Source of the DNA: an uncultured delta proteobacterium
GTDB taxonomy: Bacteria; Myxococcota; Myxococcia; Myxococcales; Myxococcaceae
Direction of reading: 5' to 3'
DNA: 64,000 bases
Assembly (NCBI GenBank): GCA_963776345.1
Contig: CAVZMH010000015.1
Span: 160,001-224,000 of the forward strand
The first letter of the stretch is position 1; each line of letters begins with the position of its first letter. The notes under the pieces were generated by a model. That model searched no databases. It had not been told where the DNA came from and worked only from the letters and a program-made list of their open reading frames with translations. Below, piece by piece: positions 30,723 through 41,204 of this stretch. The position numbers and the translations under genes were made by a program.

Positions 30723-31815
30723 GTGAGCTCCGCCGCCACAGCCCAGGTCGCAGCCCCCCGCCCCGACTTTTCACGAGCGGCCGCAGCCGGACCCGCGCGA
30801 CCGCGCGCAACCGGCCCTCCGCCCGGAACGGCAGGCGCTGCTCCGCGCTCGGATCAAGGACCTGCAGCTCCAGCTCAGCGGCACCCACCTCGAGCGCCTC
30901 ATCCAGCAGCTGCACGACGAGCTCGGCGCCCGGGGCATCGACATCCGGCCCCAGTGCTACCTCAGCGACGAGTGGGGCTGCCCGTCCGGCATCCCGGTCA
31001 TCGGCATCCCCTTCTACCTGGCCAACCCGGCGCTCCAGTCCATCGAGGGCGAGCTGGGCGGGGGCGTGGAGTCGGAGCGCGAGATCCTGATGTACCTCCG
31101 CCACGAGGCGGGGCACTGCTTCAACTACGCCTACCGGCTCTACGAGACCGCGGCCTGGAAGACGCTCTTCGGCGACTACCACCAGCCGTACAAGGAAGAC
31201 TTCAAGCCCAAGCCCTTCAGCCGGGCGTACGTGACCCACATCCCGGGCTGGTACGCGCAGAAGCACCCGGACGAGGACTTCGCCGAGACCTTCGCGGTGT
31301 GGCTCACCCCGGGGCTCGACTGGCGCCAGCGCTACCGGAACTGGGGCGCGGCCCTGAAGAAGCTCCAGTACGTGGACGCGACCGCGCAGGAGCTGGGGCA
31401 CCGGCCGCCTCAGGTTGCGCTCGACACCCACGACATCGACGCCGACCAGATGGAGGAGACGGTCGCCGACTACTACCGGCTCCGCGACCTGGCCGAGCGC
31501 GTGGACCTCGAGATCGGCGAGAAGCTCGACACCGAGCTGTTCCAGCTCTTCGAGCCGCCCGGCTCTGCCACCGCCTCGGCGGCGCAGATGCTCCGCGACC
31601 AGCGGCAGACGCTCATCCTGGCGGCGACCCAGTACTCGGGCGTGAACCGGGCGGTGGTGCGCAGCGTGGTGGACCACCTGACCGACCGGACCGACCAGCT
31701 GAAGCTCACCGCCGCGCCGGATCGAGCGAGCGGCTACGTCGCCCACCTCGGCTCGCTGCTCACCGCGCTGGCGATGAACGAGCTCTACACCGGCCGACTC
31801 TTCGACACCGAGTAG
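30723..31815 (+). CDS. Putative zinc-binding metallopeptidase; no in-frame start, probable 5' frameshift
   Basis: Frame 1 is open from 30727 (LRARIKDLQL..CYLSDEWGCP..IPFYLA) with LRHEAGH and WYAQKHPDEDFAETFAVWL; the nearest upstream start is GTG 30723 in another frame. Confidence 0.75.
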
Positions 31816-31851
31816 CCGAATCGCCGCGGTCGGCGTAAAGTTCCGCGAGGA

Positions 31852-32877
31852 ATGACGCTCCCCTCGCTGAGAATCGCCATCCTCCACTACCAGCCCAAGG
31901 GCGACGAGGTGGATCCGGTGGTGACTCAGCTCACCGAGGCGCTGACGTCGCTCGGGCATCAGCCCTCCACAGTGGCCGTGGACGACCGGGTGAGCGAGAT
32001 CCTCCGGGACATCCAGCGCGCCAAGTGTGATCTCGTATTCAACGTCTGCGAGACCTTCGCCTCCGATTACCGGATGGAGGTCAACGTCGCGGCGCTGATG
32101 GAGATGGGCCGGGTGAAGTACACGGGCTCGGGCGCCGCCGGCCTGCTCCTCGCACAGGACAAGGTGCTCACCAAGCAGCTGCTCGAGTTCCACGAGGTGG
32201 CCAGCCCCAACTTCGCGGTGTTCGAGAACGACACCTTCGAGACCAAGGGCATCCTCCGCTTCCCGCTGATCGTGAAGCCGGCCCGCTCCGACGCCTCGAT
32301 CGGCATCGGTCGGCACTCGGTGGTCCAGAACTGGCAGGAGCTGACCGAGCGGGTCCGGGAGATCCGCGACGACCTGCAGGACGAGGCGCTGGTCGAGGAG
32401 TTCATCGACGGGCGCGAGGTCTACGTCGGCATCGTGGGCCCGGCGAGCAACCCGACCATCCTCCCCATCATCGAGATGGACTTCGGGAACTGGTCCCCGG
32501 CCGTCCCGATGGTCTCGGACCGCGAGGTGAAGTTCGCCCCGGAGACCGAAGGGAGCCCGCGGCTGGTGATCGCCAAGGACCTCTCGGACGAGCTCCGGGC
32601 CCGCATCCACCGGGCGGCCCGCCTTGCCTACCGGGCGCTCAAGCTCCGCGACTACGCGCGCATGGACTTCCGGATCGCCAAGACCGGCGAGCCGTACATG
32701 CTCGAGGCGAACCCCAACCCGTACCTCGAGAAGACCGGCGAGCTGGCGATGGCGGCCGCGGACGCCGGTCTGGACTACCCGCAGCTCATCTCCCGCATCG
32801 TCGAATCCGCCGCGGTCCGCTACCACCTGCACGTGCGCGAGGCCCCCGCCAAGCGGGCCCGCGCCGCGCAGTCCTGA
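31852..32877 (+). CDS. D-alanine--D-alanine ligase-like ATP-grasp protein
   Basis: LVFNVCE, YTGSG, QDKVLTK, LIVKPARSDASIGI, VEEFIDGRE, YARMDFR, LEANPNP. Confidence 0.88.
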   Translation: MTLPSLRIAILHYQPKGDEVDPVVTQLTEALTSLGHQPSTVAVDDRVSEILRDIQRAKCDLVFNVCETFASDYRMEVNVAALMEMGRVKYTGSGAAGLLLAQDKVLTKQLLEFHEVASPNFAVFENDTFETKGILRFPLIVKPARSDASIGIGRHSVVQNWQELTERVREIRDDLQDEALVEEFIDGREVYVGIVGPASNPTILPIIEMDFGNWSPAVPMVSDREVKFAPETEGSPRLVIAKDLSDELRARIHRAARLAYRALKLRDYARMDFRIAKTGEPYMLEANPNPYLEKTGELAMAAADAGLDYPQLISRIVESAAVRYHLHVREAPAKRARAAQS

Positions 32878-32884
32878 GGCGGTC

Positions 32885-33519
32885 TCAGGGCGCCGCTCGC
32901 TGCGGGCTCTCCCAGACCTCGTTCCGGTATTCCACCAGCCGGACCAGCGCGTCCCGTCCGGGGTAGCGCGGCTCGGGACAGGTCGCCCCCTGACGGGCGA
33001 CCCATCCGGCGACCTGTCGCCCCTGGAGGTCGAAGAGCACCACGCCGCAGTCTGCATCGAGCGGGATGCCGGCCCTCTCCGAGCCCGGCGTCCAGAGGTT
33101 GACCCACTGACCGCTGAGCCCCAGACGGGCGATCAGGTAAAGCGGAGCCTCCAGGTCGGCGGGGATCGGGCGTCCGTCCTCGGTGACGAACGTCCAGATC
33201 GGTGCCGAGAGGTACGACGGCGTGTAGGTCAGCCCATCAGGCCGGTGGTCGACCCGGACCGACGCCGAGGGCCGGATGAGTGACGGCGTCGGGCCGAAGG
33301 CGCCGACCTTCCGGAGGTCGTCCCCCTCGCGCTCGTACCGGTCGCCCGCCATTCCCGCCCAGGTGCCGTCGTCTCGAGCGTGTAGACGAGGCCGGGGGCG
33401 CTCACGCTCCGGGCATCGAAGCGAGTGGACCCCGTGCGGATCCAGTGGCCCTCGCTGTCGTGGGCACAGCCCGCGGCCACCATCGCCATCGCCGCTCCAA
33501 GAACGCCGAAGCTCCTCAT
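32885..33519 (-). pseudogene. Hypothetical lipoprotein split by one -1 frameshift near 33374
   Basis: RBS GAGGAGG, then MRSFGVLGAAMAMVAAGC lipobox; coding continues in another frame as DDGTWAGMAGDRY..ESPQRAAP. Confidence 0.6.
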
Positions 33520-33684
33520 ACCGCCTCCTCTTCTCCGGGCGCTCCGCTCGTGTCCGGTGCACCAACGGACGTCGAGGTGTGCCGAAAATCTAAGCCCCTG
33601 GGCTCCCGCCCACAACGTCCGGCCCGGCAGACGGTGACGTTCATTGCGATGGCAACGACGCACGGAGTCAACTCGGCCGGAGCG

Positions 33685-35310
33685 TCAGGGCGCCTGGGTC
33701 AGCCGCGGCCCGCTCGGCCTCGGCAGGGCGGCGCCGTCCAGTGTGGGGCGGAGGTACTCGACCAGCGCTTCGAGGTCCGGGGGGCCACCCACCCGCTCCG
33801 TTCCCTCGGCGAAGGCACCGAAGCCGTCACCGCCCGTGGCGAGGAAGCTGTTCACCGTCACGCGGACGCGGGTATCCGGCGCGAGCACGCGACCGTCCAC
33901 CTTCACTGAGCCGGGCACCACCTTCGACCCGGGCGCAGCGGCCGCGGACCAGGCGTACGCGACGTTCGCCGAGGGCTGGAGGATCTTCGGCCGGCTCCCC
34001 AGCCACTGCTGCTCCAGCGCGGTCGCGAGCTGGGTGCCGGTGAGGGTGAAGGTCACCAGGGTGTTGCCGAAGGGTTGGGCCGCGAAGATCTGCGCATAGT
34101 TGACGTCGCCGGCGGGAAGATCGGCCCGGAGCCCGCCCGAGTTGGTGAAGGCGATCACCGCGCCGACTCTCCGGGTCGCCGCAAGGTGGGCGTCGGCGAT
34201 GGCGTCTCCGAGCGTCGACTCGCCGGCATTGCTCGGCGCGCGGGTCAGCCCGACCGCGAGCCGTCCCACGCGACGGCTCGCCAGCGGAGCCGCCTCGGCC
34301 ACCGCCTGGTCCACCACTGCCTTGGCGCGCGGATCGGGATCGATGGCGTGCGTCACCGCAACCTGGGTTGCGTGTCGCGAGAGCACGCGGTGCTGCACCG
34401 GGTCCAGCTCGAACTCGATCCGGGTGAGCAGCCTCCCGTAGGCCCCGGCACTCGTCGCCAGGGCGCCCCCGAGCTCCGGACAGACGTACGCCTGGTGGGT
34501 GTGGCCACTCACGATGACGTCCACGCCATGGAGGCGCTGGGCGATGTCGACCAGCGGCCCGGTGAACCCGCGGCACTCGCCCGGTGGGGAGCCCGGAGCC
34601 TGCGCCCCGCCCTGGTGGATGAGCACCACCACCGCGTCCGCCCCCGCCTCGCGCAGTTTCGGGACCGCGGCGTTCACCGCCTCGGCCTCGTCACCGAAGG
34701 TCAGGCCCACCACCCCGCTCGGGGTGACGACCGAGGGCGTCTCGCGGAGGACGACGCCCACGAACCCCACCGTCGCCCCACCCACCTTCTTGAGGAGCGT
34801 GGCCGGGAAGAGCGTTCTCCCCGTCCGGTCGAACACGTTGGCGGCCAGGTAGCTGAACCGAGCGCCTGGAAAGGCCGGACCCTTGCACGGCTCGTCCGTC
34901 CGGCAGCCGCCGCGCTGCAGCCGGAGCAGCTCGTCCACGCCCTCGTCGAACTCGTGGTTCCCGACGCTGGAGACATCCAGCCCGAGCGCGTCCATGAGCG
35001 CGATGCTCGGCTCGTCGTGGGTCAGCGCCGAGGCCAGGGGGCTCGCGCCGACGAGGTCTCCGGCGCCGACCACCAGCGTGCTGTCTGGCTCCTCGGCCCG
35101 GAGCCGGGCCACGTGCGCGGCCAGCCAGGCCCCTCCGCCGGCCGGGACGGTCCCGTCCGGAAGTCGGACGGTCCCGGGGGGTGGCTCGAGGTGACCATGG
35201 AAGTCGTTGAGGGCGACCAGCTGGACGTGAACCGGCCCGCTGGCGACGTGGAGCGCCGGGGGGCCCCCGGCGCAGGCGGCCAGGGAAAGAAGGAGGAAGA
35301 GACGGTGCAT
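33685..35310 (-). CDS. Bifunctional metallophosphatase/5'-nucleotidase lipoprotein (UshA-like)
   Basis: LAAC lipobox; NDFHG, AGD, GNHEFD, GHTH, NSGGLR, QPFGN, GGDG. Confidence 0.92.
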   Translation of the reverse strand: MHRLFLLLSLAACAGGPPALHVASGPVHVQLVALNDFHGHLEPPPGTVRLPDGTVPAGGGAWLAAHVARLRAEEPDSTLVVGAGDLVGASPLASALTHDEPSIALMDALGLDVSSVGNHEFDEGVDELLRLQRGGCRTDEPCKGPAFPGARFSYLAANVFDRTGRTLFPATLLKKVGGATVGFVGVVLRETPSVVTPSGVVGLTFGDEAEAVNAAVPKLREAGADAVVVLIHQGGAQAPGSPPGECRGFTGPLVDIAQRLHGVDVIVSGHTHQAYVCPELGGALATSAGAYGRLLTRIEFELDPVQHRVLSRHATQVAVTHAIDPDPRAKAVVDQAVAEAAPLASRRVGRLAVGLTRAPSNAGESTLGDAIADAHLAATRRVGAVIAFTNSGGLRADLPAGDVNYAQIFAAQPFGNTLVTFTLTGTQLATALEQQWLGSRPKILQPSANVAYAWSAAAAPGSKVVPGSVKVDGRVLAPDTRVRVTVNSFLATGGDGFGAFAEGTERVGGPPDLEALVEYLRPTLDGAALPRPSGPRLTQAP

Positions 35311-35348
35311 GAACCGCCCAGCATGCACCGATCTGGCCACCGAGTGAC

Positions 35349-35873
35349 TCAGAGCTTCAGCCAGAGGCCCAGCCCGGCGTTGATGGCCTGGCTCCCGAAG
35401 AAGCTCACCCCGCTCCCGGCGTAGGGGAAGTCCGCCGTCACCTCGAAGTAGACCCGGAAGACGGCCAGGTCGATGATCTTCAGCCCGCCGCCCACCCGGA
35501 GGAAGAAGACGGCGGTGTCCTCGATCTGGATGGGCAGCGCCGCGCGGCCGTAGAGCGGGAAGCCGGGCACGTCGAGCGTCAACCCGGGCCCGAGGTACGT
35601 GAGCTGGCGCGAGTAGCCGGTGCCGGTCGCGGCAAGGCCGCGGCGGAATTCGAGATCCAGGCCCAGGGTGTCGGCGAAGAAGTAGCTCCCGATGACGTCG
35701 AGCGTCGGCTGGAAGCTCTCGTTGATGCCGAACGAGCTGCTCTGGCCGTTGCTCGAGGTGTGCGAATAGAGCGGGGCCTCGAGCGCGAGCCGCAGGGACC
35801 ACTGGGCCTCGGCCCGGCCGGGCACGAGGAGCAGCCCGAGGGCCGCGAGCCCGAGCAGGAAGGGATGCCTCAT
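35349..35873 (-). CDS. Small outer-membrane beta-barrel-like protein
   Basis: Signal peptide ending AEA; alternating amphipathic strands; C-terminus AGLGLWLKL. Confidence 0.6.
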   Translation of the reverse strand: MRHPFLLGLAALGLLLVPGRAEAQWSLRLALEAPLYSHTSSNGQSSSFGINESFQPTLDVIGSYFFADTLGLDLEFRRGLAATGTGYSRQLTYLGPGLTLDVPGFPLYGRAALPIQIEDTAVFFLRVGGGLKIIDLAVFRVYFEVTADFPYAGSGVSFFGSQAINAGLGLWLKL

Positions 35874-35949
35874 TGGCGGGATGCTAGCCGAGCCTCGGCG
35901 CGCGCCCGCGCGCTGCAGGCGTGTGCGGGAACGTGCGGCGAAGGACGGC

Positions 35950-36822
35950 TCAGTGCGCCGGCCGCTTCTCCCCGGCGTCCACCCGGAGCGCGAGCCGGTT
36001 CTGCTTCGGCGGGAGCGGGCAGGTGGCAAAGGCGCTGAAGGCGCAGGGCGGGTTGTAGGCGCGGTTGAAGTCGAGGATCACCTTCCCGTCCTTCGCCGGG
36101 TCGGCGTACAGGAAGCGGCCCGCGCCGTAGGTCTCGGTCCGGTTGGTCTCGTCAGCGAAGACGAAGAAGAGGTCCGGGCTCCCCTCCTCCAGCACCGGGG
36201 TGAGCCGGTACTCCTTGCCGTCCACGGTGAAGACCGCCGTGCCAGGCGAGGGCGAGCGCTCCACCTGGCCGAGGACGTCGGGGACGGCGATCTCGGTCGG
36301 CGGGTTCGACGGCTCCCACCGGGCGGTGAGCCGCCACCGCGCCGAGGGCGGATAGGTGGGGATGCCCTTGAACTCTTTCCGGGCGCGCGCCTCGGGGTCC
36401 TTGATGCGCACGCCGACGCGGTCGCCCCGGACGATGACCTGGAAGCGGAGCCGGCCCACCTGGAAGACGTCGGGCTCGGCGTGGCCCTCCTCGTCGGTGG
36501 TCACCGCGCCGCCGGCGAACGGCTTCCCGCCCCGGGTGACGGCCACGCCCGGCGCGGGCTGGAAGGACACCCGGGTGCCCGAGCGGGTGAAGGTCCCGAC
36601 CCTGGCGGGTGCGCCCTCGGGAAACACCACCGCGGCCTTCCCGTCGGACCCGGCGTCGTTCGGCCCCTCCTTCAGCCAGCCGAGGCCCACGAGGGTGAGC
36701 CAGCCGTCGTCGGACTGGAGCCGCTGGAGCCGGGCCTCGTGCCAGGCACGGGTGGCGGCGGCGACGTCCTCGGCGGGCGGAGCGGCGGTCAGCGAGAGCG
36801 CGAGCAAGGTGGGCAGGAACAT
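35950..36822 (-). CDS. DUF1684 family exported protein
   Basis: GWLTLVGLGWL, FADETNRTETYGAGRFL, DFNRAYNPPCAFSAFATCPLPP. Confidence 0.88.
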   Translation of the reverse strand: MFLPTLLALSLTAAPPAEDVAAATRAWHEARLQRLQSDDGWLTLVGLGWLKEGPNDAGSDGKAAVVFPEGAPARVGTFTRSGTRVSFQPAPGVAVTRGGKPFAGGAVTTDEEGHAEPDVFQVGRLRFQVIVRGDRVGVRIKDPEARARKEFKGIPTYPPSARWRLTARWEPSNPPTEIAVPDVLGQVERSPSPGTAVFTVDGKEYRLTPVLEEGSPDLFFVFADETNRTETYGAGRFLYADPAKDGKVILDFNRAYNPPCAFSAFATCPLPPKQNRLALRVDAGEKRPAH

Positions 36823-36992
36823 CGGGGCGTCTCTCTAACCCGCCCTGCGCCGTCCGGCCGCCGGGTCTGCCTCAGTCGTCCTCGTGCCCCGCGAGGACGT
36901 GGAGCAGGAACGGGTGGCGTGTCGGCGCCTGCGGGTGGCGTTGCGTGAGCTGACGCCCCGGTCCGGTCGGGTTCGCGGCGCGTCGCCGGGGG

Positions 36993-37574
36993 CTACCGCG
37001 CGCGGTCCGTCGCCCTCACCGCGTGGATGGTGAAGAGGCGCTTCATCGGACCGCCCGTCGGGCCGATGTCGCCCGTCTGGGTGAAGGACCGGGGAGTGAT
37101 CTCCGAGTACGCCTCGCGCCAGAGCATCGTCTGCCCGGTGGGCCGGTGCTCGATCTCCTCGATGACCAGCTGCTTCCCGTCCCAGCGGATCGTGATGTCG
37201 TTCAGGGCGCCCTTGAGATCGCAGACGTGAGGATTGCCGCCGTTGCACTCGACCCCCCCGAGCGCCTGCGTCTTGCGGTCCTCCCAGATGAGCGCGAGCA
37301 GGTGGAGGTCCCTGCCCGGCGTGGGGAGATGCTCCTCCTCGATGAGGACGAGACCATCCTCGGAGGCGCGCCAGGTCTCCGTCCCGCGCGTCTCGGCAGG
37401 TCGAGGCTTCCCCTGCTCCTCCTCGAACTGGATCCTCAGCGTCCAGCTGCCCGAGAGCGCCCGGACGAGACTCTCGAAGCTCGCGACCGTGGCGCCGGCG
37501 TCCTGCGCCTGCACGGCGAGCGCAGCCGTCGAGAGAAGCACGAAGACGATCCGGATCAGCGGCACTCGCCTCAT
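36993..37574 (-). CDS. Secreted hypothetical protein (lipocalin-like beta-rich)
   Basis: GGAGG RBS; signal peptide ending AVQA; LSGSW motif. Confidence 0.6.
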   Translation of the reverse strand: MRRVPLIRIVFVLLSTAALAVQAQDAGATVASFESLVRALSGSWTLRIQFEEEQGKPRPAETRGTETWRASEDGLVLIEEEHLPTPGRDLHLLALIWEDRKTQALGGVECNGGNPHVCDLKGALNDITIRWDGKQLVIEEIEHRPTGQTMLWREAYSEITPRSFTQTGDIGPTGGPMKRLFTIHAVRATDRAR

Positions 37575-37728
37575 CGCAGTCCCTCCGGCGGGTGCAAACC
37601 CGCGCGCCCCGCGGTACGCAAGGTAGCGGAACGCGGAGCCGTCATGCACTGGACCGGAGATCAGGCGGACCATCCGGATGTGGACCGGGGGCTCCAGCTC
37701 GCGTCGCTTCTCGCAACGCGGGATTCAG

Positions 37729-37801
<73 letters not shown>

Positions 37802-37863
37802 CGATGCTTCGGGGCCCGGGTTGGTAGCATCGACGCCCCAGCGCGTCAAAACCCCTTCCCGGC

Positions 37864-38685
37864 TCACCAGGGCGCAGGCGCATCCCAGTCGATGACACCC
37901 TCGAGCCCTCGGTGGAGCCCCACCAGACCGCTCGCCTTCCGGATCGCGAGGAGCGCGCCCGCGACGTACGGCTGCGCCGAGGTTCCCGACTCGTGGCGGA
38001 GGTGGAGCCGCTCGCCCGGACGTCCGAACACCACCTCCAGGCCGATGACGTACCCCGGTAGCCGGACCGAGTGGACCTGCACGCCGTGCAGGGACGCGCC
38101 GCGCGCCTCGGGAGGACCCTGGACCTGGGCGACGGGCACGGTGATCTCGGGCGCCCGCACCGCCGCCAGTTGCCGCGCCAGCTGCCGCGCCGTCCCGGAG
38201 GGCGCGTCCGGCTTGTCGTCGTGCGCCGAGTCGAGGATCTCGTAGTGCGGGAAGAAGCGCGCCGCGACCTGCGCCAGCTTCTGGAGCACCACCACGGTCA
38301 GCGCGAAGTTGCCGACCGCCAGGACGCCGCGGTGGGCCGCGCGCGCAGCCTGGTCGATCTCCCGGTCGTCCCGGTCCGTCAGCCCCGAGGTGCCGACCAC
38401 CACGTGGGCCCCGGCGGCGAGCGCGGCGAGCACGTTGGCCCTCGCTACCTCGGGCCGCGTGTACTCGAAGAACACGTCGCAGGGAGTCTGCAGCACCTCG
38501 GCGACCGAGCCGCTGATCGGGCAGTCCAGCCGGGGTTCTCCCAGCACCTGGGACAGCCGCTTGCCGGCATGCGAGCGGGACACCGCCCCGACGAGCTCGA
38601 GGTCGGTCGAGGCGGCGATGCCACGGGCCAGCTCCGACCCGGCCCAGCCCGTGGCGCCTGCGAGGATGACCCGTGTCGTGCCCAT
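37864..38685 (-). CDS. dapB: 4-hydroxy-tetrahydrodipicolinate reductase
   Basis: AGATGWAG, VVGTSG, NFA, HDDKPDAPSGTA, HSVRLPG. Confidence 0.85.
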   Translation of the reverse strand: MGTTRVILAGATGWAGSELARGIAASTDLELVGAVSRSHAGKRLSQVLGEPRLDCPISGSVAEVLQTPCDVFFEYTRPEVARANVLAALAAGAHVVVGTSGLTDRDDREIDQAARAAHRGVLAVGNFALTVVVLQKLAQVAARFFPHYEILDSAHDDKPDAPSGTARQLARQLAAVRAPEITVPVAQVQGPPEARGASLHGVQVHSVRLPGYVIGLEVVFGRPGERLHLRHESGTSAQPYVAGALLAIRKASGLVGLHRGLEGVIDWDAPAPW

Positions 38686-39086
38686 GCGGAACGACGTAGC
38701 GCGTTCGGGCCCCGCGGGGCTCGACACAGTGCTCCGGGCCACCGGGCCACACACCGAGCGGAGATCGCCGGCGGCCGACCATCGAGGTCCCGCTCCTCTC
38801 GCTCGCCAAGACGCTCGAGACGGCGATGCCTCCGTCGCCTGCTCGGCCACCCGGCGGACCGCCGTCGGTGCCCACCCGGCCGACACTCTCCTCGAGTCTG
38901 GCCGACCGTCCGGTCGGTCCGCGTCTGCGTCGCGACCACACGGCCACACGCGAAGACCGCGCAGGTGTTGCGCGAATCGAGTCGTGCACTGCGCGACGAC
39001 GAGCTCGGCCGGTCGAACGTCACCCGGGGTCCGCAACGCATCGCGCAATCCCCGGAGATGCAGCGCGCGACAGGTTGGTCGTGACA

Positions 39087-39116
39087 TTGACGGAGCGGAT
39101 CGCCGAGTCGTATAGC
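39087..39116 (+). promoter_or_regulatory. Putative sigma70 promoter of gdh
   Basis: TTGACG-N18-TATAGC about 30 bp upstream of the ATG. Confidence 0.45.
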
Positions 39117-39146
39117 CGCGCGGCACGCGAGGAGCCGACACTGCCC

Positions 39147-40697
39147 ATGCCCGAGCAAGAAACCTTCATGCGGGTCCCGGACCCGACCCCGAAGCGCACC
39201 CTCTACACGGACGCGATGGAGATCTTCCATCGCGCGGCCGACACCATCGGCCTCGCGCCGCGGGTCCGTCTCGAGCTCGAGGAGCCCGACTACGAGCACA
39301 TCTTCTACGTCACCGCGAAGCTGAAGGACCGCCTCCGTCCGCTCTCGCCCGAGGCCGCCCGCTCCTTCGGCGATCTCCCGGTGACCCAGGTCCGCGATCC
39401 GAACGGGCTGGAGCGCCTCGCCGACGGACAGATCCTGCTCAACGGCAAGGCGCTGCTTGGCTCGGACGTGGCGATCCGCCGCGGCCACCTGCGGCTCCCG
39501 GACGGCGGCGTGTACCAGCTGATCCCCGGTGAGTCGCAGCGCTTCAAGGCCTACCGCGTGCAGCACAACCAGGCGCGCGGTCCGTACAAGGGCGGCATCC
39601 GCTACCACCGCGAGGTGTCGCTCGACCTGTTCAAGGCGCTCGCCGCCGAGATGACCTGGAAGACCGCCATCTCCGAGGTCCCCTTCGGTGGAGGCAAGGG
39701 CGGCATCCAGATCGACCCGCGCCAGTACGGCCGCGAGGAGATCGAGGCCATCACCCTGCGCTTCATGTACAAGCTGAAGCGCCTCATCGGGCCCAACATC
39801 GACATCCCCGCCCCGGACGTCGGCACCAACGGGGAGATCATGGCGCTGATGATGCGCCAGTACCTCGACGGCGAGCGGGAGCGCCACCTCGGCCGCGCCA
39901 TCGTCACCGGCAAGGACGTGCGCATCGGCGGCTCCGAGGGCCGGGTCAAGGCCACCGGCCGGGGCGTCATCTACTGCATCGAGGACTACTACGCGGACAA
40001 GGGCGAGAGCCTGAAGGGCAAGACCTTCACCGTGCAGGGCTTCGGCAACGTGGGCTCGTACGCCGCGGAGATCATGGCTGCCCTCGGTGGACGGCTGCTG
40101 GCGGTCAACGACGCCGACGGCACCATCTTCAACCCCGACGGCATCGACGTTCCGGCGCTCCTCGCCCACGTGCAGGACCCGAAGAACCTCAAGCGCAGCG
40201 TGCTGGGCTTCCCCGGCGCGCAGACGATCGAGAAGAAGGACTTCTGGGAGGTCCCGGCCGAGATCCTCATCCCCGCGGCGCTGGGCGGCGAGATCACCGG
40301 GGAGATCGCCGAGAAGCTGAAGTGCAAGCTCATCGCCGAGGGCGCCAACGGCCCCACCACCCCCGACGCCGACCGGGTGCTCCTCAAGCGCGGCATCGAC
40401 CTCATCCCGGACATCATCGCCAACGCCGGCGGCGTGACGGTGAGCTACTACGAGTGGATCCAGAACAAGCGGATGGAGTCGTGGACCGAGGCCGAGGTCA
40501 ACGCCAAGCTCGAGCACGCGCTGAAGAGGAACTACCGCATCATCCGGGACATCTCGCGGAACACGCCGCGCAGGACCGAGATGCACGACAGCCGGCCGTT
40601 CTGCGTGGGCAAGCAGGTGGAGCCGCGGCTGGCGGCGATGATCCTCGCCCTCAAGCGGATCGAGGCCCACTACATCATCGAGGGCTTCTCTCAGTAG
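39147..40697 (+). CDS. gdhA: Glu/Leu/Phe/Val dehydrogenase (glutamate dehydrogenase)
   Basis: GPYKGGIRY, FGGGKGG, DIPAPDVGT, QGFGNVG, EGANGP, NAGGVTVSYYEW. Confidence 0.92.
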   Translation: MPEQETFMRVPDPTPKRTLYTDAMEIFHRAADTIGLAPRVRLELEEPDYEHIFYVTAKLKDRLRPLSPEAARSFGDLPVTQVRDPNGLERLADGQILLNGKALLGSDVAIRRGHLRLPDGGVYQLIPGESQRFKAYRVQHNQARGPYKGGIRYHREVSLDLFKALAAEMTWKTAISEVPFGGGKGGIQIDPRQYGREEIEAITLRFMYKLKRLIGPNIDIPAPDVGTNGEIMALMMRQYLDGERERHLGRAIVTGKDVRIGGSEGRVKATGRGVIYCIEDYYADKGESLKGKTFTVQGFGNVGSYAAEIMAALGGRLLAVNDADGTIFNPDGIDVPALLAHVQDPKNLKRSVLGFPGAQTIEKKDFWEVPAEILIPAALGGEITGEIAEKLKCKLIAEGANGPTTPDADRVLLKRGIDLIPDIIANAGGVTVSYYEWIQNKRMESWTEAEVNAKLEHALKRNYRIIRDISRNTPRRTEMHDSRPFCVGKQVEPRLAAMILALKRIEAHYIIEGFSQ

Positions 40698-40771
40698 GCC
40701 CGGGCCGGTCGATCAGTCCCCGCACCAGGGCGACGCCTGCGGAGCGGCGCAGGGGCGCCGCACGTCTAGGC

Positions 40772-41119
40772 TCAGTGCATCACCCGCTCGCGGTCGACGA
40801 GCAAGAGCGGGTGGTCCTCACGGGTCTCGTAGGCCACGATGCGCAGCCCCATCCCGCGGGTGTGGCCCGGCTCCTCGGCGCCGCGCCCGTAGCTGAGCGC
40901 CACCTGGTAGCGGACCTCGCAGAGGCAGGTCATCTCGGTACCGTCCTCGCCGGTGAAGGTGACGCGCACCCGCCCGCCGAGCGGCATGGGCTCGCGGGTC
41001 TCGACGAAGAGGCCCGTGGCGGAGATGTTCCGGGCGATGCCGCGGGTGAGTCCGTCCGGCGTGCTGATGTAGACGGTGAAGACCTTGTCGAAGCGCAGGT
41101 GGCGGCGGCGATCGCCCAC
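40772..41119 (-). CDS. Stand-alone PilZ domain protein
   Basis: RRRHLR (RxxxR) and NISATG (D/NxSxxG), GMGLRI. Confidence 0.85.
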   Translation of the reverse strand: MGDRRRHLRFDKVFTVYISTPDGLTRGIARNISATGLFVETREPMPLGGRVRVTFTGEDGTEMTCLCEVRYQVALSYGRGAEEPGHTRGMGLRIVAYETREDHPLLLVDRERVMH

Positions 41120-41204
41120 GGCGTGCTCCTTCTGGAAGGATGCGACACCGGACAGGGTACGCAGTAGTCAGATGTAGTCAAAATATCTACCTCAGGAGGT
41201 CGTC

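Noticed and set aside
31852..32877. Calling this gene ddl
   Set aside because: Lacks the canonical N-terminal Ddl motif and a cell-wall context; left as Ddl-like
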